Below, piece after piece: positions 38,587-48,363 of a stretch of DNA of 64,000 nt; position 1 is the first letter of the stretch; each line of letters opens with the position of its first letter. Location: positions 1 through 64,000 of the IMG/VR virus record IMGVR_UViG_3300009103_000004. One strand, 5' to 3'. This stretch comes from a virus. Below the pieces are notes generated by a model, which did not search any database, had not been told where the DNA came from, and was given only the letters and a program-made list of their open reading frames with translations. Both the position numbers and the translations under genes were made by a program.

Positions 38587-41037
38587 TTATTGCTTTGTAC
38601 TGGATTCGGAATCAGGTTGATTATTATCCGTGTAGCACTTTGCTACATCCTCATCCGTAACGCGGATAATATTGATGCTATCCGCATCACTATCCAATAA
38701 CTTATAATACCGATGCCTACCGTCAATAATATCATTATTCTCATCAACCAATATAGGCTTAGTTGTATCAGCTTCTTCATAACGTTTTGATCCGAAGCCT
38801 GTGCGTTTGCTTCGGTTAGCCCCATTTGTAGAAAGACGTTCTAGAGCTATAGACTCAGTATCTCTACCCCCCACCAGATCAATTAATTTTATTATATCTA
38901 CTTCGTGACCGTTCTTTAGAGTCTTGGTGTGCAGGTGCACATTCTCTGCTTCTGGATTTTGGCGGTACTTACCTTTACGAGCATACTTTATTGTATTCTC
39001 TACCCACGCATCGCACGTGTTGTCTTTAACGCAACTAAAGTTAAACGCATTACAATGACCAACGTTAGTCCTATGTTGGCAAGTCCCACAAGTCTTATCT
39101 GGAGATTCAGAAGGACGATAATTAGGAGCTTCCAAGTTTATAGCAGCACCCTCTATAGAAGCCGCTGCCTTTGTGTCATCCAACCCTAGTATACCCATAG
39201 CTTGATCCCTGATATCAACTTGCGACTCATCTTTGATATCCAAGTCAGCCACAACATGCTTTGGGAGATGCAATCTAAATCCAGTGGGTGAGTGAGTAAC
39301 TCCAACAATACCTTCCTCACGAGTAGTTATAACAAAATCCTTAGGATTCTTATTCATTAAAGTACGCAACCGAACTTGCTTGTGGTGGTACTGCTTGTTG
39401 TCAGATTCATTCTTGGCCTTGATTAATTCGTCTAGAGCAGATCCCGGTTCCACTGCGGAGCTCTTCCTACGCTCCTCCTCCTCTTCAGCTTCCTGTGCAG
39501 CAAGCTCTTCCTCTTCTTCAAGACGTGCAAGCTCCTCATCAGTAAGTTCATGGGCACCATATATTTTCTTCTTATGACGAAAAGCTGCAGAGATAGGGTT
39601 GAACATAGCTTCCTTCTCATCAAATCTTTCTCTCTCTGGGTCCACTGCACCCATCTTGGGCATCATGGATTGTTCGGGCATTCCCATTTCGGGTTGCTGA
39701 GGCATTCCCATTTCGGGTTGCTGTTGCATCATGTCCTGCAACGGAGGTTGTTCAGGTATCTGCTGTTGCGGAAGACTTTGCCTTATTCTACCAAGAACAC
39801 GTTCGCGCTCTTGCTCTAAACGCTCCTGATCAGCACGATCCTTAATATCATGGAATTTATCCTGCAGCTTATCCTCTGCCTTTATCTTCTCCACATGTTT
39901 CTTGTTCTGGTGCTTTAGATCCTTTGTAACTTTCTTTGTCTTAATGGCCCTCTCAGTCTTCTGCTTATTATGCATATTTTGCATAACTTGCTTAACAACA
40001 GCATGCGGGTCGAGCTGACCACTCTCATTAAGCAAATCAGCGTTAAGTCCCTGTATCTCCAGCTTCTTCCTGCGTACCTCTAGGTCACGCTTAAACTCTG
40101 CCTGCTCTTGCTTTTTCTTAGCCTTGTCTTCCAGCTCCTGACGCTTCTGGTCCCACTTAACGAACTCCTCGGAATTTTGAGCCATTGAAAAAGGCTGTTG
40201 TGGAGCAGCAGGAGCCTGAAACCCAAACTTCCTCCAAACTGACGCAGCCTTTTCATTAAATAAATTAGGGAGTGTTCGCTCAACAGAAGACTTTGAAAGT
40301 TTAGTTAACTGTAGAGCATTCCTGACTGCAGTAACTTTATCCTCCCTGGATGCATCGGGATCCCCATTCCTAACAAGTTTACTGTATGCCTTATCCAGTA
40401 CCCTAGAGTCATACTTAGCCTTGTTAGCCTGTAGAACTTCAGGCCCCCACCTAAGCTCAAGGTCATCATCCGGTACTCCTATATCATGCAACAATGAATA
40501 CAAACGAAGAGAAGCTTGGTCTATATCCATTTTGTAAAGAGAGGTCTCTGGCTCTAATCTCAACCTGTAAGATTTACCAGTACCACGCTTTGCATTGATA
40601 TGAGCCTCGATCTCTCCAGATTCTTTTTTACGAGTGTATATGCCCGAAGATAGGCGGGCTTGATTTAATGTTACATACTCATTCCCATTATGTATCATGG
40701 TCCCACGATCTGTAACGTAGGGAACACGCATTAACGTAACTTTCTTTTTCTCTATAAGTCCGCCCTGATCTCTGTCGTAAAGGCTGAACGTTCCACGCAA
40801 CCTGTTACCAAGAAATTGATTTTTCATCAGGGCATTCTTCTGCTGTACAAGATCGTACTCTCCCTTATCAGCATAATGAACGTCATCAAGCTCCAGACGA
40901 TACTTTCCGTACTCCTGTGGAAAGCGTTTCTTAAATCCCTCAGCTACAGAGTTGAATGTGTCTTCCCTAAGTGCTGAGAAATCATCTAAGTCTCTAAGCC
41001 TAACTCCTGTAGGTACTATGTCTCCTTTTCCTATCAT
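38587..41037 (-). CDS. rpoB: Phage RNA polymerase beta N-terminal fragment fused to coiled-coil, Cys4 (HiPIP-like) and ParB-like modules
   Basis: LRGTF...LMRVPYVTDRGTMIHNGNEYVTLNQARLSSGIY (RpoB N-term) in aa 1-~260; CGTC..C..CDAW; PILVDENNDIIDGRHR. Confidence 0.8.
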   Translation of the reverse strand: MIGKGDIVPTGVRLRDLDDFSALREDTFNSVAEGFKKRFPQEYGKYRLELDDVHYADKGEYDLVQQKNALMKNQFLGNRLRGTFSLYDRDQGGLIEKKKVTLMRVPYVTDRGTMIHNGNEYVTLNQARLSSGIYTRKKESGEIEAHINAKRGTGKSYRLRLEPETSLYKMDIDQASLRLYSLLHDIGVPDDDLELRWGPEVLQANKAKYDSRVLDKAYSKLVRNGDPDASREDKVTAVRNALQLTKLSKSSVERTLPNLFNEKAASVWRKFGFQAPAAPQQPFSMAQNSEEFVKWDQKRQELEDKAKKKQEQAEFKRDLEVRRKKLEIQGLNADLLNESGQLDPHAVVKQVMQNMHNKQKTERAIKTKKVTKDLKHQNKKHVEKIKAEDKLQDKFHDIKDRADQERLEQERERVLGRIRQSLPQQQIPEQPPLQDMMQQQPEMGMPQQPEMGMPEQSMMPKMGAVDPERERFDEKEAMFNPISAAFRHKKKIYGAHELTDEELARLEEEEELAAQEAEEEEERRKSSAVEPGSALDELIKAKNESDNKQYHHKQVRLRTLMNKNPKDFVITTREEGIVGVTHSPTGFRLHLPKHVVADLDIKDESQVDIRDQAMGILGLDDTKAAASIEGAAINLEAPNYRPSESPDKTCGTCQHRTNVGHCNAFNFSCVKDNTCDAWVENTIKYARKGKYRQNPEAENVHLHTKTLKNGHEVDIIKLIDLVGGRDTESIALERLSTNGANRSKRTGFGSKRYEEADTTKPILVDENNDIIDGRHRYYKLLDSDADSINIIRVTDEDVAKCYTDNNQPDSESSTKQ
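39677..39723. repeat. 24-bp-period tandem duplication encoding QQPEMGMP
   Basis: GGCATTCCCATTTCGGGTTGCTG occurs twice. Confidence 0.8.
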
Positions 41038-41039
41038 AA

Positions 41040-44000
41040 CTAGTTTACTGGGGGAACTTCTTCGTTAACCTGACCCTGTACTTGTTCATCAAATAAATCT
41101 CCATATGCTTTTGAGTTATCGTTAGCTTCTCCTATTTCTCGTGCAAGATTGTGTATAGTATCGATTGCGCCATCCTCTTGAAGATTTACACTGGGGCTTA
41201 CAGGGTAGCTATTTTGAGGGCCGAAGCGTGGGCGCTCAAACTTTGGCTGAATCATATTCTTAGGATGGTCTTTTATATTTCCAACCGGTTTTCCGTCATT
41301 ATATTTCGGATCCCTCATCAACCTCTCGTACGGCAGAGCCATGTCATTAGACATGCCAACCCCGCTACTACCACCAGCGTCTACGGAAAAGTTAGCACCT
41401 TCCGGATTCCAGGTGCGATTTTTGTGCAGCTCTGCTCGGGCGTTCGCTTCATCCTCGGCTTTATACTTAGCTTTTTGTGCCTGAGATACGAAGTCAACAC
41501 CTCTGTGATCAGTTTGAAACGTTTCATACGGGAAAAATTGCCCACCTTGAACCATACCAGTGTTTGGGTCCCAAGGAGCAGCAAAGTTATACGTGTTCAA
41601 CTGCTCGTCAGAAAACCCTTCAACATTTTTAAGGTATTCGTATTCTTGTGGGCCCATAAAGTAGCCAGTTCGAGAGTGAGGCTTAAGATCGACATACCTA
41701 CCATCCTCACCGTACGGTACTTTCGTAGGATAAAATTGGTCACGCAGATCGGTGTACTTGAACGTGTGACCTCCGCCCATCGTCGCGCCAGTAGAAATGC
41801 TGCCATCAGCTTCCCTATACTGATAGGGAAAATGCCCTCCCTGATATGCTGAGTCATTCCCACCAGGAAGTTCGCTAAGTGGAAGGGTTCCACGTCCACC
41901 AGGATCGTAATCAGTAAGTGGATGCCCTTGCTCGATAGTATCGCGCCCAGAATCGGTTAAGTTACCGTCTGCATCCAAAAAGCCTCGTTGGATAGAGTCC
42001 TCAGGGTTACTACGCATATATTCCTCCGTCCACACTGGTGTCTCAGTATCTATACCAATACTGTTAGCTCCACCGCCCAGTCTCCCGCCACCCTGAAGTG
42101 CTCCTATTGCACTAGGACCACGGGATATATAATTACCGCTACCGTCTGGTATGGGAGTACCAACGGCCATATTAAAACCGTCGTCATTTCCATAAGCCTG
42201 TATGTGTTGGGCTCTATATCGCTCAACATCCGCTGGAGTAGCAGAAGAATAGCCACTGCTATGACCAGCGTGAATGTTAAACATTTTTCTTAATCCTTGT
42301 GTAAGAAGTGGATCCCTCATGGTACCATCCGAAGTAAACGTGGGGGAGGCAGCGGGGGTACCCACTTGATCTGCCCAAAAAGTACCTATGGCCCCTTTTT
42401 GTAAATTGCTCATGGGAACTCTAGTGCCAGATGAAGGTAGCCAACTCTGAGGAATGACCTTCCCACCACCTCTTTTGATGGCCTGTGTAAATGCACCACC
42501 GGCGATGGTTGCGTCCACCAGACCCAATCCAATATCCATACTTCCCTGCAACGCAGCTTCGCCAGGAGTGTATACGGCAGTAGTGCCATCTGGATACACC
42601 ACTATTTGCGGGTGTAAATCCCCGGTCTCCTTGCCGCCTCTAAAAAAGTTCCTACCTGGAGCGCCCCAGCTTTCATTAACCTTAGTAGCACCTCCCCAAA
42701 CACCAGCGTTTATAGCCTGGGCCATACCCCCCACGGTGTTTCTGATTCTGTTACCACCACCAATCCTGGGGGCACGCCCAAGAAGGTTGGATTTTTGGTG
42801 AGAAAAAAGACCATTGCCGCCATGTGTGTCACCTGCCAAGGTGAAGAAGTTTGGCGTGCCTTCATTTTTACCCCAAGTATAATTCTCCCACCTTTCCTGC
42901 GGAGTGCGAACAGTTATGGGATCATCCATACTCTCGATCACACCATCTTTAAGAAGTCGCTGCTTTAACGCATAGTGTGGGTTCCAAGCATTTTCAGTAG
43001 GGGCATTAGCCCAAGTCCCGGTCTCATGATCGTACTTTGGCTGTATATAAGGAAGTAAACTTTCTTCCAACGCTTGTCTCTCTTGTACCTTAGCAGCAAT
43101 TTGTTGGTCGATGCCAGCTGCATCGGTAGGGCCCCCGCTTTGTTTGAGGGTTTGCAGCTGAGCTATCTCTTCTGATATCTTGTCAAGTTCCCCACCAGCC
43201 CCCTGCAAAAGCTTCTGGTAATCTTTTTTCCAATAAGAAGGATACATTTTTGTACCTGACGAGCGTTCCCCTGATGGAGCTGGTAAACCATGCTCATCTA
43301 GATTCCAATATTTACCTGGGTCTATTTCTGTTGTGTTGCCTATATTGGCATGACGCCAGCCGCCAGGCTGATTCATCATAGCTGGGTCTAGGTGTCGAAG
43401 TGGTTTACCTTCCCCGTCTAACCTTACATATTCACCGGGTACAATGCTGTTGTGCTCGCCTTGTGTCTTATGGGTCCAGCCATATGGCTGGCCGTATTGC
43501 TCTTGAGGAGGAGTTGCACCACCGCTAAATGTGAGGTCTGCATATTCACCTGTAGGGTTGCCTTCAGCATCAGTGGGTACACCTGAAAACGGGAGCCACT
43601 CACGAAACCTATAAGGTGCACCATCTTTACCCGTAGGTACTATATGTTTGTTCGCTATAGGATAGTAGTCAGGAGACAGCTGCTCTAATATGTGTTTCTG
43701 GATATCGGTTGTACGCATGGGGTCGTAATACCCACCCCCGCCTGGTAAACCAGCCGTAGATTGCATAAAATCTATATCTTCTTCTCCAGGAGTTCCAGTC
43801 GCACCGTACCACGCTGCCGAAGCTGCGTCGTCTATCATATTGGGAATGGAGAATAGCTCCTTATTCCTTTCCTTCCAGTACGCGTCATCTTCTTTTTCCT
43901 TAGCAAGCAGTTGTTTATACTCCCGGTCACCTGCCTCATTAAGCTGTACGTATGTTGGCTTACCCATCTGCTGCGTACTTAATTTCCATAACTTTTCCTT

Positions 44001-44393
44001 GTAGGCAAAGTCCTTAGCAGACATCTTGTCTGGCCAGTCAGGAGGGAAGTTACCAACCTGTATACCATTCTCAGTTGTGATTTCCCTTTGGGGATAAGCT
44101 GGAAGCTTGCCGCCATGGGAGTAGTCTATTTTTGATTTCAGTATTGGTAGTTCTTTTTCTTTTGGAAAGTCCGCTTCTATAGTCTCCTCGCTTACTGGCA
44201 GCATCTCCTTCATAGCTTTTTCATACGAAGGCCACTTTTTTTGTGGGTGTATAACTCTTAGCCGGTCTACCCAGGCAAACTCTTTAGGTGACATGGTGTC
44301 TGGATAACTGTCGTCGTCAACCCATTCACGCGTGTACACTGTACCATTTGGGCGTGTGATCCCAACCATCTTGCCGGCCTTCTTGGTGAGCAT
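41040..44393 (-). CDS. Large Gly/Pro-rich hypothetical virion protein
   Basis: Long ORF; likely start MLTKKAG at 44393 (track starts at 44474); short internal repeat PDxMSxKxFA. Confidence 0.55.
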   Translation of the reverse strand: MLTKKAGKMVGITRPNGTVYTREWVDDDSYPDTMSPKEFAWVDRLRVIHPQKKWPSYEKAMKEMLPVSEETIEADFPKEKELPILKSKIDYSHGGKLPAYPQREITTENGIQVGNFPPDWPDKMSAKDFAYKEKLWKLSTQQMGKPTYVQLNEAGDREYKQLLAKEKEDDAYWKERNKELFSIPNMIDDAASAAWYGATGTPGEEDIDFMQSTAGLPGGGGYYDPMRTTDIQKHILEQLSPDYYPIANKHIVPTGKDGAPYRFREWLPFSGVPTDAEGNPTGEYADLTFSGGATPPQEQYGQPYGWTHKTQGEHNSIVPGEYVRLDGEGKPLRHLDPAMMNQPGGWRHANIGNTTEIDPGKYWNLDEHGLPAPSGERSSGTKMYPSYWKKDYQKLLQGAGGELDKISEEIAQLQTLKQSGGPTDAAGIDQQIAAKVQERQALEESLLPYIQPKYDHETGTWANAPTENAWNPHYALKQRLLKDGVIESMDDPITVRTPQERWENYTWGKNEGTPNFFTLAGDTHGGNGLFSHQKSNLLGRAPRIGGGNRIRNTVGGMAQAINAGVWGGATKVNESWGAPGRNFFRGGKETGDLHPQIVVYPDGTTAVYTPGEAALQGSMDIGLGLVDATIAGGAFTQAIKRGGGKVIPQSWLPSSGTRVPMSNLQKGAIGTFWADQVGTPAASPTFTSDGTMRDPLLTQGLRKMFNIHAGHSSGYSSATPADVERYRAQHIQAYGNDDGFNMAVGTPIPDGSGNYISRGPSAIGALQGGGRLGGGANSIGIDTETPVWTEEYMRSNPEDSIQRGFLDADGNLTDSGRDTIEQGHPLTDYDPGGRGTLPLSELPGGNDSAYQGGHFPYQYREADGSISTGATMGGGHTFKYTDLRDQFYPTKVPYGEDGRYVDLKPHSRTGYFMGPQEYEYLKNVEGFSDEQLNTYNFAAPWDPNTGMVQGGQFFPYETFQTDHRGVDFVSQAQKAKYKAEDEANARAELHKNRTWNPEGANFSVDAGGSSGVGMSNDMALPYERLMRDPKYNDGKPVGNIKDHPKNMIQPKFERPRFGPQNSYPVSPSVNLQEDGAIDTIHNLAREIGEANDNSKAYGDLFDEQVQGQVNEEVPPVN

Positions 44394-44479
44394 GGGGGTA
44401 CCAACTTTAAATAAATTGTACTTATCCTTATTAGTCACGTAGGAAATTAAATACCAAACGATAAAGTTATGCAACAGAT

Positions 44480-44529
44480 AAAAAAAATCGCGGGGGCAAA
44501 AAGCTGAGGGGCTTTCGCGATTTTTTTTT
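44480..44529. terminator. Bidirectional rho-independent terminator
   Basis: A8-TCGCG...CGCGA-T9 inverted repeat. Confidence 0.7.
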
Positions 44530-44557
44530 GATATACTAAATGATATGTTTATATTTA

Positions 44558-46270
44558 TTATTCACTTAAACCCGTGGGAGGGGTCAACTCATATACGCCG
44601 GCTTGGGAGCTATTATGCCAGGTAACATGATCTATCGCGTAGTATATGTACCCGATCTCCTGCATTGAATCTCGAAGTATATGAGAAAAGAATCCCGGGC
44701 ATTTGCTTAACAGGAAACTTTCTATAATCTCTAGAGACAACAGTAATACCTCTTCTACATGTTTTTGGTTCCTTACTCTAGAGAGCTCTGCCCATTCTTT
44801 ACGAATAGCGTTTACTATATAACTCTTTGGCAGAAGCCTGCTCTCGCAGTAGGAATCAAGCATTAAGAAGAACAAGAGGCGTGGGCAGGGGTTCTGCCAG
44901 AAATCAAACCTAACACTGTCAGCATTACCCGACACTTCTTGATTAGATACAGTGTTGTTAACTATAGAGTTGTAGTCATACCAGCGATGATTCCTATAAG
45001 TTTTAGCATCCAGATCTATGTAGGTACCAGTAGCACCGAATAGATTGGAACTAGCTCTAGTATTATCATCTCTGCCAGAGCCACCGCGTAGTACAGCTTT
45101 AGCAGGACCTCCAGATGATAGAAGTAACATATGCATCAGATATGATTTTATTAGCCCATACCGCAATGTATACGTACATTTTACATAAGGGTCCATAAGG
45201 CTCTCGACTGCAGAATACCTGTTCCTAGAATACCAATCATTAAAATCAAACTCTGATAGGTGGTCAGTTGGAACAGAAGGGTCTATTACACCATGATCTG
45301 CATCATAAGGAAAAAACGCATTTCCTCTTAAAGCAAGTATTGCCTGCAGAAGAATACCGTAACGTAGTATATGTTTATCCTTGGTTCGCAATAAAGCATC
45401 AGATGAATATAAATCTCCAGTAAGGAAATCACCATCTGGACCTCTCCAGCCCGCGTCTAGCCTATCTACTAGATGTTCTTGTGTTACGCCAGTATCGGAA
45501 TCTTCGTACCTAGCGTTCCTGTGAGAAAAGGGAACTTCCTCGTCTGAACAAAAAGAACAAAACGAAAGCCCGTAACCCAAGCTTTGTGTATATGCTTTAA
45601 GATAATCAATAGCGTAATTACGTATGACCTCCTTTAAAAACCGGATGCGATTGGTGTGAGTTCCGAATATAGAGTACATCCTACCATAACCACCCTCGAC
45701 GGTCCACCAACCACGTCGGTGTTCCATCCTGCCGTTTATATTGGTGTTGCCGTTCCTAACCATCCTGTAAGAGTAATACTGCGTATACTTATTGTTATGG
45801 GAATAATCTATAGTGTATGTATCCCTCACAAACTTGTTGTTGTCAGCGCCAACGCAGAGAATACCGGAGTTCTCAGACCTGTAGATACGAGAGCCAGTGT
45901 AGGAGAGAATACGATTCTTATAACCATTCGTTAGGTAGTAATTATTTCTTTGCTTGTGCAAAACCCAATGCGTGGTATGAATATCTATAATAGGCTCGCC
46001 GTAATACGACACCCTGTAGTATGACACCGGCGCACTGTTTTGGTTAGCTTTGGAAGCACATGCCATAGGGTAAAGGTACGTACTATCACATAGTTTCTTT
46101 CGACGTGATCCATATGGTCGTCGCCTATGTACCTGACGGCACTTATCGAAAGTCAGCAAACCATGGGCCCGTAATGTATAATTACCGCCAGGAGTGTCTC
46201 TGTAATCCCTACTAACTTTATGATCAATCTTGGGTAACTCTGTATTAGCATAATTAATTATATCAGTCAT
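44558..46270 (-). CDS. Hypothetical protein (Tyr/Arg-rich)
   Basis: 570 aa ORF; no recognisable motif. Confidence 0.5.
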   Translation of the reverse strand: MTDIINYANTELPKIDHKVSRDYRDTPGGNYTLRAHGLLTFDKCRQVHRRRPYGSRRKKLCDSTYLYPMACASKANQNSAPVSYYRVSYYGEPIIDIHTTHWVLHKQRNNYYLTNGYKNRILSYTGSRIYRSENSGILCVGADNNKFVRDTYTIDYSHNNKYTQYYSYRMVRNGNTNINGRMEHRRGWWTVEGGYGRMYSIFGTHTNRIRFLKEVIRNYAIDYLKAYTQSLGYGLSFCSFCSDEEVPFSHRNARYEDSDTGVTQEHLVDRLDAGWRGPDGDFLTGDLYSSDALLRTKDKHILRYGILLQAILALRGNAFFPYDADHGVIDPSVPTDHLSEFDFNDWYSRNRYSAVESLMDPYVKCTYTLRYGLIKSYLMHMLLLSSGGPAKAVLRGGSGRDDNTRASSNLFGATGTYIDLDAKTYRNHRWYDYNSIVNNTVSNQEVSGNADSVRFDFWQNPCPRLLFFLMLDSYCESRLLPKSYIVNAIRKEWAELSRVRNQKHVEEVLLLSLEIIESFLLSKCPGFFSHILRDSMQEIGYIYYAIDHVTWHNSSQAGVYELTPPTGLSE

Positions 46271-46478
46271 TGTTGTTATTTCCTTCTGTTAAACACTTAT
46301 CCTCCACATCCACAAAACTACAAGAATGTACAAGGTCTGAATCGCCTAGAGAAGCTAAACGCTTTTTTATTGCAGATCGCAAAACCCTGCCGTCTATCTC
46401 ATCCCAAAGTATTAAGTTATTATTCTCTGGATCAGTAGGTACCTCGGCTGCGAAACAAATGTCTAGTACTACAAACAT
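46263..46478 (-). CDS. Hypothetical protein
   Basis: GGAGGA RBS; overlaps the start of the next gene. Confidence 0.5.
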   Translation of the reverse strand: MFVVLDICFAAEVPTDPENNNLILWDEIDGRVLRSAIKKRLASLGDSDLVHSCSFVDVEDKCLTEGNNNND

Positions 46479-46553
46479 TGTTAATCCTCCTCCCTATTCT
46501 TACTGCGAAGCCAAAGCGGCACAAGGCCCACTGCTATAAGTGCACCCCAAACT

Positions 46554-46599
46554 AAAAAACCGCCGTTCTGCAGAAATATACCCAAAAGCAAAACGGCGG
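46554..46599 (-). terminator. Rho-independent terminator
   Basis: CCGCCGTT/AACGGCGG stem followed by T6. Confidence 0.6.
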
Positions 46600-46620
46600 C
46601 TACCATCAAAAATAAACTAT

Positions 46621-47286
46621 TCATTGTTTAATGTAACCATGTAATATTCTAACTCTTTCTTTATCAGGAACTTTTATGAGATGACGTATGAATGTACCAT
46701 CCAGACCATTAAGCTCCTTATAACTTTTTACAAACCGAAAACTCCTGGTGTTGGATTCCCACAAAAACCACAAAGCAAGTTGCTCATAAGGATGATGATA
46801 GAGAGAATCAGAGTTATCCAAGTAGCGATACGTGTCATAGAATGTTCCACCATAAGAAGGATCTTCGGGGACGTTCCACCACTTGTCCGCTAACTCAATA
46901 CCATTATTACCTCTGCTAAACAAAAATACTCCAGCGTTTGCTCTATCCGAATGGAAGACTGAGGACTCCAGCATTTGATCTCTGGCAAATAGCCCACAAA
47001 CATTGGGATCTTTAATATACCCTGTAAGCGGGCCTAAGTTCATTGATTGGTTTACTACGAAAGCATCGCCATCAACATACAAAACGTAATCATAATTTGG
47101 AAGCTGCTCACGCAAGTGCCAAACCCTGCCCCAGGCTGGGTGCCTGGGAAAGGATTCATCTAGCTTAAACTCCTTATAATCATAGCCATGCGAAGCTGCA
47201 TACTGCTTGTTTATTTTAGAAGATAGGCTAACGTACTCGGGTTCTGGAGCACCATATGATACCTGATATATAAGAATGTTACTCAT
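46621..47286 (-). CDS. Glycosyltransferase, GT34/galactosyltransferase-like
   Basis: KQYAASHGYDY, HPAWGRV, YVDGDA (DxD), NAGVFL, YEQ. Confidence 0.75.
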   Translation of the reverse strand: MSNILIYQVSYGAPEPEYVSLSSKINKQYAASHGYDYKEFKLDESFPRHPAWGRVWHLREQLPNYDYVLYVDGDAFVVNQSMNLGPLTGYIKDPNVCGLFARDQMLESSVFHSDRANAGVFLFSRGNNGIELADKWWNVPEDPSYGGTFYDTYRYLDNSDSLYHHPYEQLALWFLWESNTRSFRFVKSYKELNGLDGTFIRHLIKVPDKERVRILHGYIKQ

Positions 47287-47292
47287 TCCAAC

Positions 47293-48363
47293 CTACCACT
47301 GTGCCGTCTTACAACCTGTCTCTGTAGTAACTTCGGGCCTATAGTCTACAACGCATTTTAATGGATACCCTGTTAAAGGGCAGTAACACACATCATCCAT
47401 ATCTGCGTAAATCTCACCCTTACCTCGCTTGGTCTCATCTGATGTGATCTTATAACTATATATATCATTCTTTACATTCAACTCCCCGGATTCGCTGTGA
47501 ACGTCACCTAGGAACTTTGTGATTGAAGAATTAAAAACACACACTGACCACAAGGATGAAGTTCTACGTATCAGAGTAGATTGTAAAGCAGTGTGCATGT
47601 TCTCACTACTCATTGTAAGTGGAAGCCACATTTGATTGTTAAATGAATCATCTATGTCTTCCGGAAGGTCTGCCTTAATATATAGTAAATCTTTAAAGGC
47701 ACTAGTGGGGTTAGAACCCTGACCGAACCTGGCGGATAATATCTGATCCTTGAGCCTAAAGATAAAGTGACTGTCGCTGCGTGGAGTTGATGGCCTATCA
47801 TCAAAGTTGTACTGCACTGGATAGATTTCACGCGATACATCGGTGTTAGTAAAATCGCTAGTATTTTCAAAATTGATAACCATGTAGCTACCAGGGCCAT
47901 GTCGAAGATAAGCCCTGTTAACAGTATTAGGACCATCAATGTTTCTAAGTTCGAAAAAACTAAGATTAAATTGATTGCCCAAGACTTCCCTAGCAACCGT
48001 GTCCCTGAATACTAGCGGCCTTGCGGCAAACCTATTACCTGAATTTCCAGAATTTATGTAATCTATAAAGGGATCCACATTATTCCGTTGGTCACTTGCG
48101 AATCGCGAATCTAACCCAACTCGTTTCCAGCTATTGAACCAGCTGGTAAGTTGGTGGCTATAATCATCTATAACTAAATCGAGCCAGTCATAGACATTAA
48201 ACAATGGTTGTAACTTTCTCTTCTTGTTAAATTTTCCATTATCTACCAACTCAGCTTTAAGGTAGGGGGGCCCCATAGATTTGAACTTCCGCCAAATCTT
48301 GTTACCCATGCCCATACCCTGCTGCAGCATACCAGCTTTACTTTTGTATAATATGTTATCCAT
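47293..48363 (-). CDS. Hypothetical protein
   Basis: 356 aa ORF. Confidence 0.5.
   Translation of the reverse strand: MDNILYKSKAGMLQQGMGMGNKIWRKFKSMGPPYLKAELVDNGKFNKKRKLQPLFNVYDWLDLVIDDYSHQLTSWFNSWKRVGLDSRFASDQRNNVDPFIDYINSGNSGNRFAARPLVFRDTVAREVLGNQFNLSFFELRNIDGPNTVNRAYLRHGPGSYMVINFENTSDFTNTDVSREIYPVQYNFDDRPSTPRSDSHFIFRLKDQILSARFGQGSNPTSAFKDLLYIKADLPEDIDDSFNNQMWLPLTMSSENMHTALQSTLIRRTSSLWSVCVFNSSITKFLGDVHSESGELNVKNDIYSYKITSDETKRGKGEIYADMDDVCYCPLTGYPLKCVVDYRPEVTTETGCKTAQW

Noticed and set aside
13561-41037. Bacterial chromosomal rpoBC locus or pseudogenised rpoBC
   Set aside because: The sequences are highly divergent, each fragment is a clean ORF with intact catalytic motifs, there are no ribosomal-protein neighbours, and the context is capsid, protease and holin genes.
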